A stretch of 64,000 nt of DNA from Octopus sinensis (GCF_006345805.1 NC_042999.1:38626001-38690000); one strand, 5' to 3'; shown: positions 25,267 to 39,902, numbered from the stretch's first letter. A program made the numbers and translations. The notes: a model not told the origin generated them from the letters alone.

Positions 25267-25994
25267 TCAGGTCATTCCATAAGTTCTGTCCGATTTTACC
25301 TTTTTTTAAAAGTCGAATGAAATTTAATAGAATGTCTAATGGAATTGAAATTTATTTTTATGCCTTTGTGTACATTTAAACTAATTAAAAATTATTTTAC
25401 AGAATAATAGAATTAAAATTTATTTGATTAAAACCCTTTCTAACATGGAAATATCCAAAGAGCATTTAAGGCACATAATGCTTTATGAATACAAAGAGGA
25501 AACACTGCAGCCGAAGCGACTCGAAACATACATACACGCCATTTATGGGAAAGAATGCTTGAATGAAAGAAGTTGCAGAAGATGGTTTGCATTAGTGAAT
25601 TGAAAAGGATACTTTTTCATCAGGACAATATGCGACCCCACACTGCAAAGATCACATTCCAGAAGATCGAAGAGTTTAGTTGGGAAAAATTCCTCATCCA
25701 CCTTAGTCTCCCGACCTTGCTCCTTCAGACTACCATTTGTTTCGTAGTTTACATCATCATTTGGAGGACATAACTTTAGCAAGCCAGGAGGAGGTCGAAA
25801 CTGACATTTCAGAGTTCTTCTCTTTGAAACCAAAAGAGTTTTACATTGATGGGATTAAAAAGCTTGAAAACAAATGGACGGAAGCCATAGATGATCAGGG
25901 AACGTACATTGATGATTAAATTTCAATTAAATATAACATTTGACCACTTGTATTCTTTGTTCAAAATTCGTACAGAACTTATGGGATGACCTGA
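25267..25994 (+). mobile_element. Internally deleted mariner (728 bp) with TA TSD
   Basis: TIRs tcaggtcattccataagttctgt and acagaacttatgggatgacctga, both flanked by TA; N-terminus MEISKEHLRHIMLYEY...AAEATRN...RSCRRWF joined at about 25590 to ILFHQDNMRPH...DYHLFRSL...GIKKLENKWTEAIDDQGTYIDD. Confidence 0.9.
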
Positions 25995-28303
25995 TATATG
26001 AGAAAATACTTCGCAATGTTTCGTGTCAGATCACAGTTATGTAGCAGTCCAATACTAAAATACCTTCCTACTAGTCTAGTCTCTCTGATAAAGTATAAGA
26101 TTGCTCTCATCAAATAATAATTTTCACAAAGCGGTTGATTGTTAAATAGGATAAAGTGTTTTGTTTGCCGTCCTCGTCGTTACGTCTGATCTAGCGTAAG
26201 AAGATTATGAACAACGACATATTCCACGGAATTCAAGTTACATGCGTGAGGGCTGAAAATTTTTTTATGTCTGAAATTTATATATCACGAAATATCCAGT
26301 ACAAGAAAAATCTAAAATAGTTTAAACGAGCTGTGTTTGAAGAAAAAGAAGTAAAAAAAAGACAACTTTACACTGTTTCTTGAAAATAATAAAGTAATTT
26401 CCTGTTCTCATTTCGTTAATTGGAACACGATCTCAATTTCTGCAAATCCTGGACTACAACGAGTAGGACAGAATGAATACACAGCCGATCGAAATTACAA
26501 ATGATTCGCTAAAACGTTTAGCAGTTCAGCGATAGCATCAATCATCCTCTACAGAGAAGAATGCTTTGAGAAAGAACTGAAATTTTTGCTGTTTTTATAC
26601 GTAGACTATCGAGTGTAACTTGTATAATGACTTTGAGATATTTGAGAATTATATGTCTTACATAACAGAAAAAAGAACCCACTTTGCAAGGTATTATACT
26701 AGTCAAACATTTCCAAGTTGTCGTGAATAATAATAAGCCTTTGCTTCTAATTCATTTATTTTTCACGCATCTTTCATACAAATGATGGAAATCCCAGATG
26801 ATTTCTACATTTTTCAAAGAGTAAATTTTTTAGAATTCCTATTTGGATTCGTAATTTTCTACCTGTCTCATCTTTTATGCATTTCACTAGGACATCTTAT
26901 CTATGGTTTTTCTCAGCTTTATCAGTGCGTATCACAGCGAATGTGTTCAATGAATAATTCTGTATTGATTTCATTGAGTCTCTGCTAATATTCTTTTTTT
27001 TTTTATTCTTCAGATTTCAAGGAAAATGTCTTCCTTTGATATTAAAGTTTTAGAAGACTTCTTCCATACTTGCCAAAAGCGTTTTCGTACGGAGTGATGT
27101 ATAAATTGAACCTATTAATGTTCTAATATTTTTCAGAATTTAGACTGAATAATCGATGTCACATTCCATGTCATAAAACAGCTGACAGTATCAATATGTA
27201 GCATTGGTCTCCAAACTACTCAGTAAAATTTTCTTCCAGTTAAATAATTTAGTATTTTATTTAACGAAACACAATAATTCAATAGTCACAAAAATCTCAG
27301 ATTGAAATAGGTTTCTAATTCAGAAGAATTGAATACGTGCTATATATATTCTGTGAAATATTTTCACATACACGTTATTATTAATCTAGTGAACTAGAAA
27401 CATTAGAAACGAATTATTCGATTACTGTACATCATTCTAGCGACATTTGAAAATAGCGCCCTAATTCCTTATCCTCCATTCTTTCGAAATAACTATTTTT
27501 GTTATTTTTGTTATAACTATTTTTGTTATATAAACCTTAGATTTGTTGAACACGCATCAAGAATAGGATGTTTTATCATCGATATATTATATAAAATATG
27601 AAAAGCGAACAAAGAATAGTTATTCAGCTTTGGCCTGGCAATTAAAGAAATATGGAAAAGTAAACTTATATTCTTGTGAAAGGGACACATATGTAATGCA
27701 ATCTCCAAACAAATTCACAAAATTTACTGATCTCTCCTTCCCTTGTCATACATATTTCTTCAAAGTAACATCTAAGTCCTGTATTAAACTCTCAGCCCAT
27801 TAGGTTGTCTCACGATGCTATCGCTTTAACAGTTTTCTATAACTTTGAGGTGGCAATCCAAATGGAATATAATCGGTCACACACTTACCAGACTCGGGGA
27901 AAAAGAGACAGTCATCATCAAGACACCATTATAGGGACAAAACCATTTAATGATGAATAAATATCACGTTGAATACGTGAACATCAGATATTAAAGTACA
28001 ATATGATGCGCGCGCCTATAAGAATGCATACATACATACATACATACCTATATATATATGTATATATACGTCACTAAGGGGACTAAGGAGGCAAGAGTGC
28101 CGATGTTGCTAGAAAGTGGAGTCAGAAAAAGTATAAGCCACAGGAAAGACTTATCTAATGACTGGCAAGGGAGACAAGTTCCCTTTAGCAAGCGAGACAC
28201 AGCCAGATTACCGATGATTTCAGATCTGACGAATACTTATCAGTGATTCTCTCTCGGTTGCTAAGGCTTGAAGATAACTCGTCATGTCAGTTTATCGTAA
28301 ATG

Positions 28304-28537
28304 CCGTAGGAATCAGAGGCTGATTCCATAAATGGTAAAAGTACAAATAATAAATTATTGTGGTGGCTTATTCACAATTTACGATCCAAAGCCACAAATA
28401 TACATCTCATTAAGGTGACTTAGGGTGCTAGTCAGCACCAGCACACATGTGTCCTTTAGAAAATTGCGAATAAGCCACCTTAATAATATAAGGTTTGCAT
28501 TTTTACCATGTATGGAACCAGCCTCTGATTCCTACGG
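28304..28537. mobile_element. MITE with long TIRs (pogo/Tigger-like CCGTA ends)
   Basis: ccgtaggaatcagaggctgattccataaatggtaaaa vs ttttaccatgtatggaaccagcctctgattcctacgg; inner IR gtggcttattcacaattt/aaattgcgaataagccac; flanks TG (likely mutated TA) and TA. Confidence 0.75.
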
Positions 28538-28652
28538 TATTTAACACAAATTATATGTATATTGCATGTATATATATGTCTGTATGTATATATATATAGA
28601 CATATATGTATGTATAGATATATGCATATATATGTATGTATATATATATATG

Positions 28653-28707
<55 letters not shown>

Positions 28708-28875
28708 TATATATATATAATATATATATATATGTGTGTGTGTGTGGTGTGTGTGTGTGTGTGTGTGTGTGTGGATGTGGTTACTCCAAACATGAACGAA
28801 GAGAAATCACAACAACACGAGGACGTGGAACAAGTATAGTGTTATTCGACGCCAATGAAAGGAAAGAAAAAAGGA

Positions 28876-28913
28876 GGATTGGACGTTTCGAGCGAAGCTC
28901 TTCCTCAGAAACA
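28876..28913 (-). ncRNA. Minimal hammerhead-like motif in a ~200-bp island between microsatellites
   Basis: TGTTT-CTGAGGA-A-GAGC-TTC-GCTC-GAAA-C-GTC-CAAT: canonical core, ACGT palindromic stem III; stem I weak. Confidence 0.55.
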
Positions 28914-29004
28914 TATACAAAGGAAAGATAGAAGGAAGGGAAGACGGAGAAAGAAAATCGCCAATGATACACACGCAGTCACATATATATTTGTATATAT
29001 ACAT

Positions 29005-30082
29005 ATATATCTTCTCTTCTCTCCTTTCTCCCCGTATGTCTTGATAGACAATGGGTTGCGCCAAGAGTGGGGCCTACTTTGATGATGTGCAGCGTCTGCT
29101 GTGACTGAACAGTCCAATTCTAGAGTGGCAGTCCCTGGTACAGTTGCTGCACACGAACATCGATGGGTACGTGTGGGGTGTTGCTGCAGTTGTCCTCCTC
29201 TTGGCCCGCCTGTCCGACCACAGCTGTGCTCTCCTTTCCTCAGCCACGGAAACGCCTTTCCTCACTGTCCGACGCCAGGCAGAGCGGTCAGCAGCTGTTA
29301 CCTCCCACGTGTCCACACAGATGTTGGCAGTCCTCAGGTCGCGCTTGCACACATCCCTGTATCGTAGCTGTGGACATACCTTGGGTCGGGATCCCGTGGT
29401 GAGTTCGCTGTACAGGATGTCTTTAGGCATGCGACCGTCCTGCATGCGGCAGACGTGTCCGAGCCAGCGCAGTCGTCTCCGCACGAGGAGGGCATGCATG
29501 CCTGGCATATTAGTCTGTTCTAGGATGACTCCGTTTGGTACTCGGTCCTTCCAGGAGATGCCAAGGATCCGTCGAAGACAGCGCATGTGGAAGCCGCTGA
29601 GGCGGCATTCTTGCCGGGTGTATGTTGTCCAGCTCTCGCTGCCATAGAGTAGGGTGCTCAGCACGCAGGCTCGGTACACTGCGATCTTGGTGGTTATTGT
29701 GAGCATGTTGTTTTCCCACACTCTCCTGGAGAGCTTAGCCATGGCAGCAGCAGCCCTCCCAATCCGTCTGTTCAGCTCCGGCTCGAGGGACAGGCTGCTG
29801 GAGACCGTCGATCCCAGGTAAGTGAACTCGTTCACCACCTGCAAGCTGTGGTCGCCGACACTGATGCTGGGGACCCCTCCGACGTCCTGGCCCATGATCT
29901 CTGTCTTTTTCAGGCCGATGGTAAGGCCGAACTCTTGGCAGGCATCCGCCAGGGAGCTGAACAGCCTCTGGAGACCCGGCTGGTTGTGTGATGTTAGGGC
30001 GGCATCGTCAGCAAAGAGGATCTCTCTGATCAGCACCTGACGGACTTTGGTCTTAGCTCTGAGGCGCGCAAGATTGAACAAT
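29005..30082 (-). mobile_element. 5'-truncated RTE-clade LINE (young, GC-rich)
   Basis: ORF end plus 3' UTR with cattgtctatcaagac hairpin and a (GA)-rich tail; both ends abut (TA)n tracts. Confidence 0.92.
29074..30081 (-). CDS. RTE reverse transcriptase C-terminal part + C2H2-like tail (partial, ~336 open codons)
   Basis: [14 protein letters not shown]...ILFADDAAL...FTYLGS...LLYGSESWT...[24 protein letters not shown]...[21 protein letters not shown]; the 30082-30261 extension in the ORF track is microsatellite. Confidence 0.9.
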   Translation of the reverse strand: MFNLARLRAKTKVRQVLIREILFADDAALTSHNQPGLQRLFSSLADACQEFGLTIGLKKTEIMGQDVGGVPSISVGDHSLQVVNEFTYLGSTVSSSLSLEPELNRRIGRAAAAMAKLSRRVWENNMLTITTKIAVYRACVLSTLLYGSESWTTYTRQECRLSGFHMRCLRRILGISWKDRVPNGVILEQTNMPGMHALLVRRRLRWLGHVCRMQDGRMPKDILYSELTTGSRPKVCPQLRYRDVCKRDLRTANICVDTWEVTAADRSAWRRTVRKGVSVAEERRAQLWSDRRAKRRTTAATPHTYPSMFVCSNCTRDCHSRIGLFSHSRRCTSSK

Positions 30083-30168
30083 ATATATATATATGTGTGT
30101 ATATATATATATGCATATATATGTATGTATCTATATATGTGTGTATGTATATATATATATGTATGTAT

Positions 30169-30215
<47 letters not shown>

Positions 30216-30295
30216 CATTTTTGTAGCAGTTGGGGAAGTAAAACACCAGAGAAATTCTCAATATAAAAGATTATTATTCCTCATATATCAGTATA

Positions 30296-30296
<1 letters not shown>

Positions 30297-30358
<62 letters not shown>

Positions 30359-30365
30359 TAATAAC
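30297..30365. repeat. (AAT)n microsatellite
   Basis: Direct reading. Confidence 0.95.
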
Positions 30366-32517
30366 AAAAGTAATAGCTCCTTGCTTCAGAAAGTCTGACA
30401 AAAATGTATTATGCCAAAGGTTTGCATTTGGCTTTTTAGTCTTCATACATACAACATCAGTGCATATAAATATTATTCGGTCCGGCGAGTATCGATGCGT
30501 TTCGAATTTAGCCCTTATTATCGTTATTAAATTTCTTATAACTTTAGAAATACATGACGAATTTCGCTTGTAATACAAACAGTTAGTTACATGTAGTTGA
30601 TAACAAAATCATGTGCGATACAATCCTCAAAATACTTCCGAATTTGCAAATATAGTTACAAACTAACTTCGATTAAAACGAGTCTATTTACATTCGTGAG
30701 TACATTCTTAAACTGTCATATTACGTTCGGTTTTAGAATTATTTGTTCTAAACCCTTAACTTTTCAGTTTGCCTCCACACAACTTTACTGTAATTTACAT
30801 TGCTACGTCAATTCTTATCATGTATAATTTCTGTCTACATAAACATTTACATGAAAAGGATGCTACAACACAATCTTCATAGTAATATATATATATTTAC
30901 TCCCGTGTTAAGTCCTCGAAATGTTTCTTCTATACTTCAGATTCGCCAAGGTTCGGATTTTAACACTTTTGAATGATTTTGATAAGCCCAATCTTCAGCT
31001 TTCCAATATTTAAAAGAATTAGATTCAGATAAAGACATTTGAAACAATGCTGCTGAATTTCCAAAGATTTCTATGCACAGTGGGAAATAAATATTCAACT
31101 CAAATATCCCCAAGCATTCCTGTTGTAATAACCTGTATGAAATCCTTTGTGTTGAAATGTTTGCATCTTTATAAAATTTCAGTATATATCAACAAGTGAA
31201 AAATTGCGTAATTCATACAAAATGATGCAAATTTATTCACATCACTAAGTAAAGCATATTAAGCCTGATGTTCAAAATGTCAAGAAAATTTTCTTATTCA
31301 TATCTTTCCTATTGGCAGCCCATAACATATGAAACAGTTTTAAATAATTCCAGAATATGGAATTATCAGTTTGTTTTTTCGAAAACATTTCTTTCAAATT
31401 TAAATTCTGTTACCTGAGGCAATAAAAATTTATAATTTAATTTGTTGCAGAAAACGTCTACATTTCTTCTTGTTTGACGAATATTATGTTGAATATCATA
31501 TTAGAATTAACAGTGAATATTCAAATATTGATTACATCCAAATAAGCAATGCAAAAATATACAAAAATAAATAACGTACCTATTCTTGAAATGCTGATAG
31601 AACATTTATTCTACACACACACACACGAATGGATATCCTACAATATTTTATGTTACTGAATTGTCCTTAAAGCATGTATGATAATAAAAGTATACACAAC
31701 AATTCCATTTGTGTTTGGATACGCTTATGTACTAACAGGTTAAAAGACTTGAGTTCACTCATCATGGCCAAATATTTGCTCATACTCAAATGCTCAAGTG
31801 TGAAAGCAGGAGTTGATAGAACGTCCGGCGTATTTAGCGGTTTCAGCTAACAAATACAAATTAAAAACTCATGTTCAGAATTTAGGTTCACGCACTCAAG
31901 CGAATTCTGCTTGTTGGATTATTTCTTATTTCCCTGACATTATAATGTATTAAATCCGTAATTATATCCTGCTTATAATTTAAAAGTAACTGTGACATGA
32001 GTAAGTCGAATATATACTACCCAATGTTTAATTAGCAGTTATTTTGTCGGCCTCGAAACTATGAAAGGCAAATCATTCTCGGCGAAAAATACTGCTAAGC
32101 AATTTTTTCCGGCGTGCTAACGACTCTGCTAAGCTCGCCGCCTCATTAAACCATAAAATGATAATAGAGCGAAGCTCTTATTTGGATATATGCTAACAAC
32201 AACGGAAGTTTTTTTGTGTAATTTGAAGGAACTCACCTGGCAAAATCTCGGACACAGCGGGTTTTTATGGTCTAAATTGAAATTTCAGGCCGTGTGCCAA
32301 TAGCAGAAATGATTATTAAATAATAAGGGTTAAATTCCATTCTGGGTATTACTTTCTATGAGCAGTGTTAATCAAATATGTCTTAGTGTTTCCTCAATAA
32401 ATTTACAATTAATGCGATAATTTTGGAAGTCATTAAATTATGTATGCTACCGTGGATTCTTAGTATTGTGTTAAATTAAGCAGGGAGCCATAAGTAATTT
32501 CATATTTCCCTGCATAT

Positions 32518-33105
32518 AAGGCGGCGAGTTGGCAGAAACGTTTGCACGCCGGGCGAAATGCGTAGCCGTATTTCGTCTGCCGTTACTTTCTGAGTCGACT
32601 TTGCCTTTCATCCTTTCGGGGTCGATTAAATAAGTACCAGTTATGCACTGGGATCGATATAATCGACTTAATCCGTTTGTCTGTCCTTGTTTCTCCTCTC
32701 TGTGTTTAGCCCTTTGTTGGTAGTAAAGAAATAGGTATTTTGTTTGTCTTTACGTTTTAAGTTCAATTTCCGCCGAGGTCGACTTTGCCTTTCAATCTTT
32801 CGGGGTCGATAAATTAAGTACCAATTACACATTGTGGTCGATGTAATCGACTTAATCCTTTTGTTCGTCCTTGTTTGTCCCCTGTATGTTTAGCCCCTTG
32901 TGAGCAATAAAGCAATAAGAACGTTAGCACGTTGGGCGAAATGATTAGCGGTATTTTTTCTGTCTTTGCGTTCTAAGTTCAATATCCGTCGAGGTCGACT
33001 TTGCCTTTCATCGATTCGGGGTCGATAAATTAAGTAACAGTTGCGTACTGGGGTCGATCTAATTGACTGAACCCCTACCCCCAAATCTCGGTCCCTGTGT
33101 AGAAA
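32518..33105 (+). mobile_element. SINE family B, three-unit concatemer with an internal partial head
   Basis: Head at 32518; junction gtagtaaagaaataggtatttt near 32720; second junction gcaataaagcaataagaacgttagcacg near 32903; alternative tail at the end. Confidence 0.9.
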
Positions 33106-34810
33106 TTATATTTCCTTCCATGTTTCTCTCACGACTCAAATTTATAACCAGAAAGATTATTAACTCTCACCTGAATAATGCCTTGGGAGCTTGGTAGTCA
33201 ACCTAGTATTAGAACATTTCAAATGTTGCAACAAACCGTTCCATCTCACTAACGAACATAAGCTTTTGTTCGGGACTGGCGGCATTATCGTTTGTTGCTT
33301 GCATACACAAGCCGTACGACTGAAATTGAATTTGCAGCCTTCTTTAGCGAATAGCTATCGAAAAAAAAGAAGACAGAAACGAAATTGGCACTAAATTTGT
33401 AGACACAATATTGGCCAAATGTTCAAATTGAGCAGACAAAACTTCTGAAATATCATCTGTGATTGAATTTCAAAATCCAAATCGAACAACATATCGCCTA
33501 ATTTTTAAAACATATTGAAAATGTGATAGGCTTCAGTAAAATGTACATAGATCAAAATAAGGCCAAAGAATTGAAATGTGGTGATAGTCTTAATCAGACG
33601 ACCGTTTAGATAGGATCAATAGCTATTGGTAGCGAAATTCAATCTGTTGCAAGTATTTGTTACAGGAATAAATCCTTCTCCATTTTTAACATTCGTTGAA
33701 GGGGCTTTCGGAATATGGCCACGCGTGCAATATTGATCCTTTTGGCGATGTCGTAAAAGATATTTGCACATGCACTCATCAATCAATTTAGGGATATATG
33801 AATAAATACAGCAGATATTTGCGGTACCAATCTAGACACAGTAAAGAGCAATACGTTTTCAAGTCTGAGAACACATTGAATCACTCAGCGTTAACACGTT
33901 TTTACATTAAAATTTTATTGTTTTACGGTGTATAATTGTGTGTCAGTGAACAATTTTATTCTAACTTTTTTTTGTATGAAACCATCTACATACCACTTAA
34001 CATTCATCAAACCTACCACACCGATATGAGTTGGTCAAAACAACAAATCCTCTAAACTCATACCCTTCCACTACACAAACCGTAAGTCACTCAAATCTTG
34101 TTGATCCCAATTGACGTTTTGATAAAAGAAATATTTTAACTAAACCTATAATTTATCTTCTGCATTTGTCGATTATATTAGCACTCATTATAAAATTGTT
34201 ATTTACAAGCCATATTCGTATTACTTGCTGCTTCTAACCCAAAACTTCAATTGTCCCACTGCCGAAATAGTTAGAATAGCAAAAAACGCGTTGTTATTTC
34301 TTGCAAATCTTGATGTTATGGGCGTATTCTCGATACGTTCAGTATTGTTTTCCATTCTATTGATATACTCCTAGTCTAGTACATACTTAACATATTATAA
34401 TCTATGCAATCACTGCCGCTGTAACAAAACTTCATAAAAAAACCCTCATACTAAAGTGGAGAAATGAACAAAATAAAAACACTTCTCGCCCTACTAACCC
34501 ACTATCCCCAAATACTTCCAAGTAGATAAACGACCAGTATATTACAAATTATTTCTCAATCTGAACATTAACGAACAATCACCGTTCTTGTGAGATGTTC
34601 TAGATACCAAATCACAATGGAATTTTTAATGTGCTAAATATTTAAGCGAATTCAATTTGCTATTCCGTATTGGCGGCTCCATTCATGCAAAGACACATGT
34701 ATGTGAGTATAGATATCTCTTTACATACATACATACATACACACACACACAAACACACACACATATATGTATGTATGTGTGTATTGATACACACATATAC
34801 ACATATATAC

Positions 34811-34872
<62 letters not shown>

Positions 34873-34949
34873 ATGTATATATACAGATATCGACACGCAC
34901 ATACATATATATAGATATATATGTATAATGTATACTTACATATATATAT

Positions 34950-34992
<43 letters not shown>

Positions 34993-35429
34993 GTATACAT
35001 ATATATGTATGTATATATATATATACGTATATATATATATATATATGTGCATGTATGTATATATAAGACACAGGTGTTGACTTGTGGTACTAGGCTTGCT
35101 TGCCAATCATACGGCCCCGTGCTCAGTCCTACTCTGTGAGAATTTGGCAGACGGAAACAGAGAGGAACCTACCAGGTTTTATTTAGGAGATTTCCTCCCC
35201 GCCCCCAGGCAGATTATCAACCAAGATTAAAGAGCTTCTAATTGCCCATGACGTAGTCTATCCCGTGCCACATACCAGTGAGAACAGCATATTGACATTT
35301 GCTTTTGACTGACACCGCTTCTATTCAAAAACCGTTGGGTACAATATTTTTCTGCAATTTCGAATAGGCCATCACTCATTGACATATAGATGACACAAAA
35401 ATAGAACACCTTCCAGTTTAAGGGGAGAT

Positions 35430-36740
35430 GGCATTTGAACCAATCTAAATGACACTTATTTGGCGGCGAATAAGCTGAATAACAATAAGTCTCCAGGATC
35501 TGATGGAATATGTGCAAAGGTCTTGATATATGAGGATGGCAAAATGTTTGAACTCTTAAATATATTAATTTATCACTGTTTGAGAACTAAAGAAGTTCCT
35601 CAGGACTAGATTGATGCCGTTTTAGTCTCCTTGTATAAATCGAGGCCAAACGATTTCTGTAATAATGTTCGTGGGATTTTGCTTTTGTTTGTAGTTAGAA
35701 AGGTACTTGCCCGCATTCTGTTAGAACGTTTAAATACCTTCATTGTTCCGAAAATGGTTTACGAATCTCAAGTTCTTTTTTGCTCCTCTAGGGGCACAGT
35801 TGGTTGTATCTTTATTATCAGACAATTTCTGGAAAAGCGCATTGAACAGAATATTGCCTAATACCATTGCCTTGTTGATTTAAGCAAGGCATTCAATACT
35901 GTTAATCGAAATACTCCGTGGCTAAATCTAAGGAAAATAGGTTGCCCAGAAAAAATTGTATTCATGACTAGGACTTTGCATCAAGATATGAAGACTAGAT
36001 TTAGATTTGGAATCTTTATGAATCTATTGCCGTGGAAAAGGGAGTAAAGCAAGGAGACCTTGATTCACCCACCCTCTTTGCAATATACTTTGCTGATGTG
36101 CTGTCACACGCATTTAAAAACTTCGCTGAGAGTATTTACATTAAATACCGAACAACAAGGAATGTTTTAAATCTGACCAGACTGAAATTCAAAGCAAATG
36201 GCGTTACTTCACTCATTATGGAACTCTTATACGCTGACGATTGCGAACGAGTCAGTGACTCTGAAACGGGTCTGCAATCTCTTGTATTTGCATTTGACTC
36301 AGCTTGTGATGATTTTGTCTTGACCATCAACCAGTAAAAACAGTTGGACGTATTATGAAACACACATCAAATTTTTAGAACGATTCCATCGCTATATTTT
36401 AAACATTTAATGGGGCTCTTTTTACTCTTGACATGGATGTCTTTGCGTCTGCAGGCATCACTTCAATTAAATCAATGATTCTGAAAAATCAAATGAGATG
36501 TCTAGGCCACATTTGTTTAATGGCGGATGAAAGCACAGTCAAACAAGTCTTTTGTGGGGAGCTTCCAGACGGGAAATGCAATCGGTGTAAACTTAAAAAG
36601 AGGTTTAAGGACGGCATGATGACTACAATGAAGTCACTTGGAATGGATCCAAAGGCAATAGAAACGCTTGCTTGGGATCGAGATGGATGACGAAGAAAAG
36701 AGTGGAGTGTAGTGAAAGCACTGGAGGGGCCACGATGACA
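35430..36740 (+). pseudogene. RTE-clade LINE RT, old decayed copy
   Basis: KSPGSDGI; GILLLFVVRKVLARILLERL; ESQ..F...RGTVGCIFIIRQFLEKRIEQ; VDLSKAFNTVNR; GVKQGDLDSPTLFAIYF; LLYADDC; LGHICLMADE..VKQVFCGEL..GK. Confidence 0.88.
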
Positions 36741-38848
36741 TATGCACGACTCAAAAGAGATTTAAAGAAGAATATTGCAATGGAGAAGGTGAAATTGCAG
36801 CGACCCTTTTTCCAGAGATAAAGAGAAAGGTACAGGGGAGATAAACGAGTGGGAAATAGTGGGAGTCAAAGAAAGAGAGGGCCAAGAAATATGAGAGAGG
36901 GGGAGTGAGAAGAAGGAAGAAAAATGAGAGGGGAATAAAAGATAGAGTAAGAGTCGCACAAAACTTAGATACATACCTACTATAAGGTGAGTACAAGGGT
37001 GTACGTGCGTCGCTATATATATATATATAACAAATTTATTTACATGTCATCGACAGGTATCGTCTATTATTGGAAACCTTTTGTCCAAGACAAGAATGTT
37101 ATTATGGCGGTGAACACGAAGTTGCAATCCAAAATATTTAATGCTAATTTCATGGCGGACAACATCAGTTTAATACGCCTACGGCGTAGAATGTGCAATA
37201 ACTGCACCTAGAATAAGGCCATCGCTGTATGTTTATTTATATGTGTGTGCCTATGTCTGTGTTCATTTGTGTTAATGTGTGTGTGCGTGCGTGAGTGTTT
37301 TTGTGTATGTGTGTGTGTGTCTTTCTTGTAGGAAATATACTTATAAATGTAAATGGTTCATTCATTGAGGATGACTCATTTCATGATATACTTTATTGCT
37401 ATTTCAAATGGAAATATGAAGTTATTTGAGTTATCAATCATCGATATCTCCTTGGTTCCTAGACGCTAAACGTAAACATAAATGTCGCATCAGTCACTCA
37501 TTATTTTTTAATAATAATGCCTTGAATATTAATAAGGCACAGATTGCCTACTTTCATTTCTCATATTGCAATTATATTATCTCAATCTGGACGAATACTG
37601 CTCTTAACTACGCATAGTGTCTTATTGTTTATTTGTTTACTATTGACGATCATTAAAAAGATATGTTAAACTAATTCATCATTCCTTTTCATTTAATTCT
37701 TTATAAGAATATGTCGGAAAATCTACTCGAATTTGAAGAAAAAATACTGCGTTTCTCTAAGAGTAATTTAAATCAAAAACAGATTTTGCTTAAAAGACAT
37801 ATAGCAAGAAACTAAGTCATTTAAGGAAAAGAAATACGGCGACTTTGTTAGGAGACATTTCTAATGCATGCTTAGAAACAACGATGGGCGAAACGATGAC
37901 CAAAATAAGTAGAATTTCGAATTAATTGTGATAACTAGCAACAATCACAGTTCTAATTTACGGTGCACTATTGTAAACAGAATCAAATCAGTATTAAATG
38001 ATATCGTAGAAAAAAGGACGGGACGACCGGTAGACTAAACCGAACAATAATACCCTGATCAATGCATTCTATTGAAACTAATTTTCCTTCTCTAAAGGAA
38101 GAAGATTAATGCAAACAAAAATATGAATCTTAAGATTTTCGTTCATACATTCAAATTTATAGCTTTGTGTATATCTAGAAACCAAAACATCTATATAGCT
38201 TAATTATGTAACATTCATCTATTAGACGGTATTCCTTTATAATGAGAAGTATTCAATGTTTATATGTTTAACGACTGGCATTGTATTTGACTATTGTTAA
38301 GACGAAGCTCCTGTTACGTTGCCTTTCAATTCACTCAATCCAAATCCAACTGAATATAAGTATGAAACTGAAGGACAATATAATACAAAGAGAACATAAG
38401 AAAATAAAAAGAAATAGAATGAGAAACTTTGAATGTTAAACATATTGTTCTTGTATAAGACAAACGTTATGAAGAGAAAAAAAATGTTCTGCCATGTATA
38501 TAATATTTATCATTCGATTTAATGTCTAATATTATTTCAATTATGGAATATAATACTGTCTTTTCAGTGAGTAATTTGAGAAAATTTGGAAATAATAAAG
38601 AATTCTATCACAATATCAATAATTGCATTACCTTAGTCACGCAAACCACCTGTTACGAAATGTTAAAGAAAGCTGTTTATTTGATTGTGTGGCTTCATAT
38701 GATGTCATGGACATGGAGGGTATTAATATATTCAGCTATATAACTTTGAGGAAATTCAGTAAGACACTTCGAAGCACAAATACAAAAATATTCCTGCAGA
38801 AGGGCAGACGGTATATATAAATATATATATATGTGAGTGTGTGTATGC

Positions 38849-38884
<36 letters not shown>

Positions 38885-39099
38885 TAGAGAGAGAGAGAGT
38901 GTGTGTGTGTGTGAGCGTGCAAGTGTGTGTGTGTGCGCGCGCGTGTGTGTGTGCGCGCGCGCGTGTGTGTGTGTGTGTGCACGCGCGTCTATGTGTGTAT
39001 ATACATATATTACCAAAAGTGTACTGTATTATATAGCCATTACGCCGATCTTACCAATCGGTTTTGCGCTAGGGATTCAATGGAGTGTTAGCTAACAAT

Positions 39100-39800
39100 C
39101 CGATTACGTAACTCTGCGCTCATCAGAGGTAGCCAATATGGAATGGAAACTGCTCTCTATTGTTGGAGATGAAAAGACACTTCCAGTTTGCAGCTGCTGT
39201 GAATATGAGGATGAAATGAAACGTGTAGGGGATTGACTTAAGAGTTATGTCCGTTGATAACAAAACGTCGACACTTGGGTGCTTATGTTGCAAGTTGGTA
39301 TGAGTTTCCGGGAAACGTTGGTGGGAAATGTGTGTATCCTTAAGGTTCGTGTTTTTGTGGAAATGCAATTTGCGTATTGATACTACATGTATAACCTTTG
39401 CAGGAGTGGGGCCATACACATTTGTGTTCGTTAGTTTGTTTTCTTTCTTTCATGCATTGGCTAAGTCCGTGGGGCCTCTATATATGCATGCGATGTATAG
39501 GGGTGCAGTATATGTAGGAGTTCATATTGGTGGAGGTGGAAAACAGACTTTGGGTAGGTGTCCGCCGTGTTCTGACGTGCGTGTTTGTAGGTGCCTTAGT
39601 GTATGCTCTGATCAAGCTGTTTGTCGAACACCAAGGTATTGGTGGCGGGCCGAAGGTAGAGAACTGCTGGTCATGGTGGTGCAGGGAGGTATGATAGGAT
39701 TTTCTTCCTTTAATGTCGGCAAATATCAAAACTTTTACTCCTTCTATTCATGTAATTGCGTGGGTGCTCCTTAAAATTGCTCTTTTCTCAGCCCGGCATT
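39100..39800 (-). pseudogene. Probable PLE RT N-terminal fragment
   Basis: Minus-strand PTPAKVIH...HKNT..KDTHIS and DVLLSTDITLKSIPYT resemble the PLE P.PA..Y..PK.HK...RPIIS and DV.SLFTNIP segments; degenerate. Confidence 0.45.
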
Positions 39801-39869
39801 ACCTGCATTTCTTACTGCTATTGAAGTATGGTTTATATTTCTTTCTAACATTTTTCTGACATAACGATT

Positions 39870-39902
<33 letters not shown>

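Noticed and set aside
29101-30040. Overlapping plus-strand ORFs (up to 167 aa)
   Set aside because: Antisense shadows of the GC-rich RTE coding frame.
30880-31350. Possible hAT C-terminal dimerisation remnant (minus strand FKYW...SIEETF)
   Set aside because: Similarity too weak to support; a similarly weak hint at 33.7-33.9 kb was also rejected.
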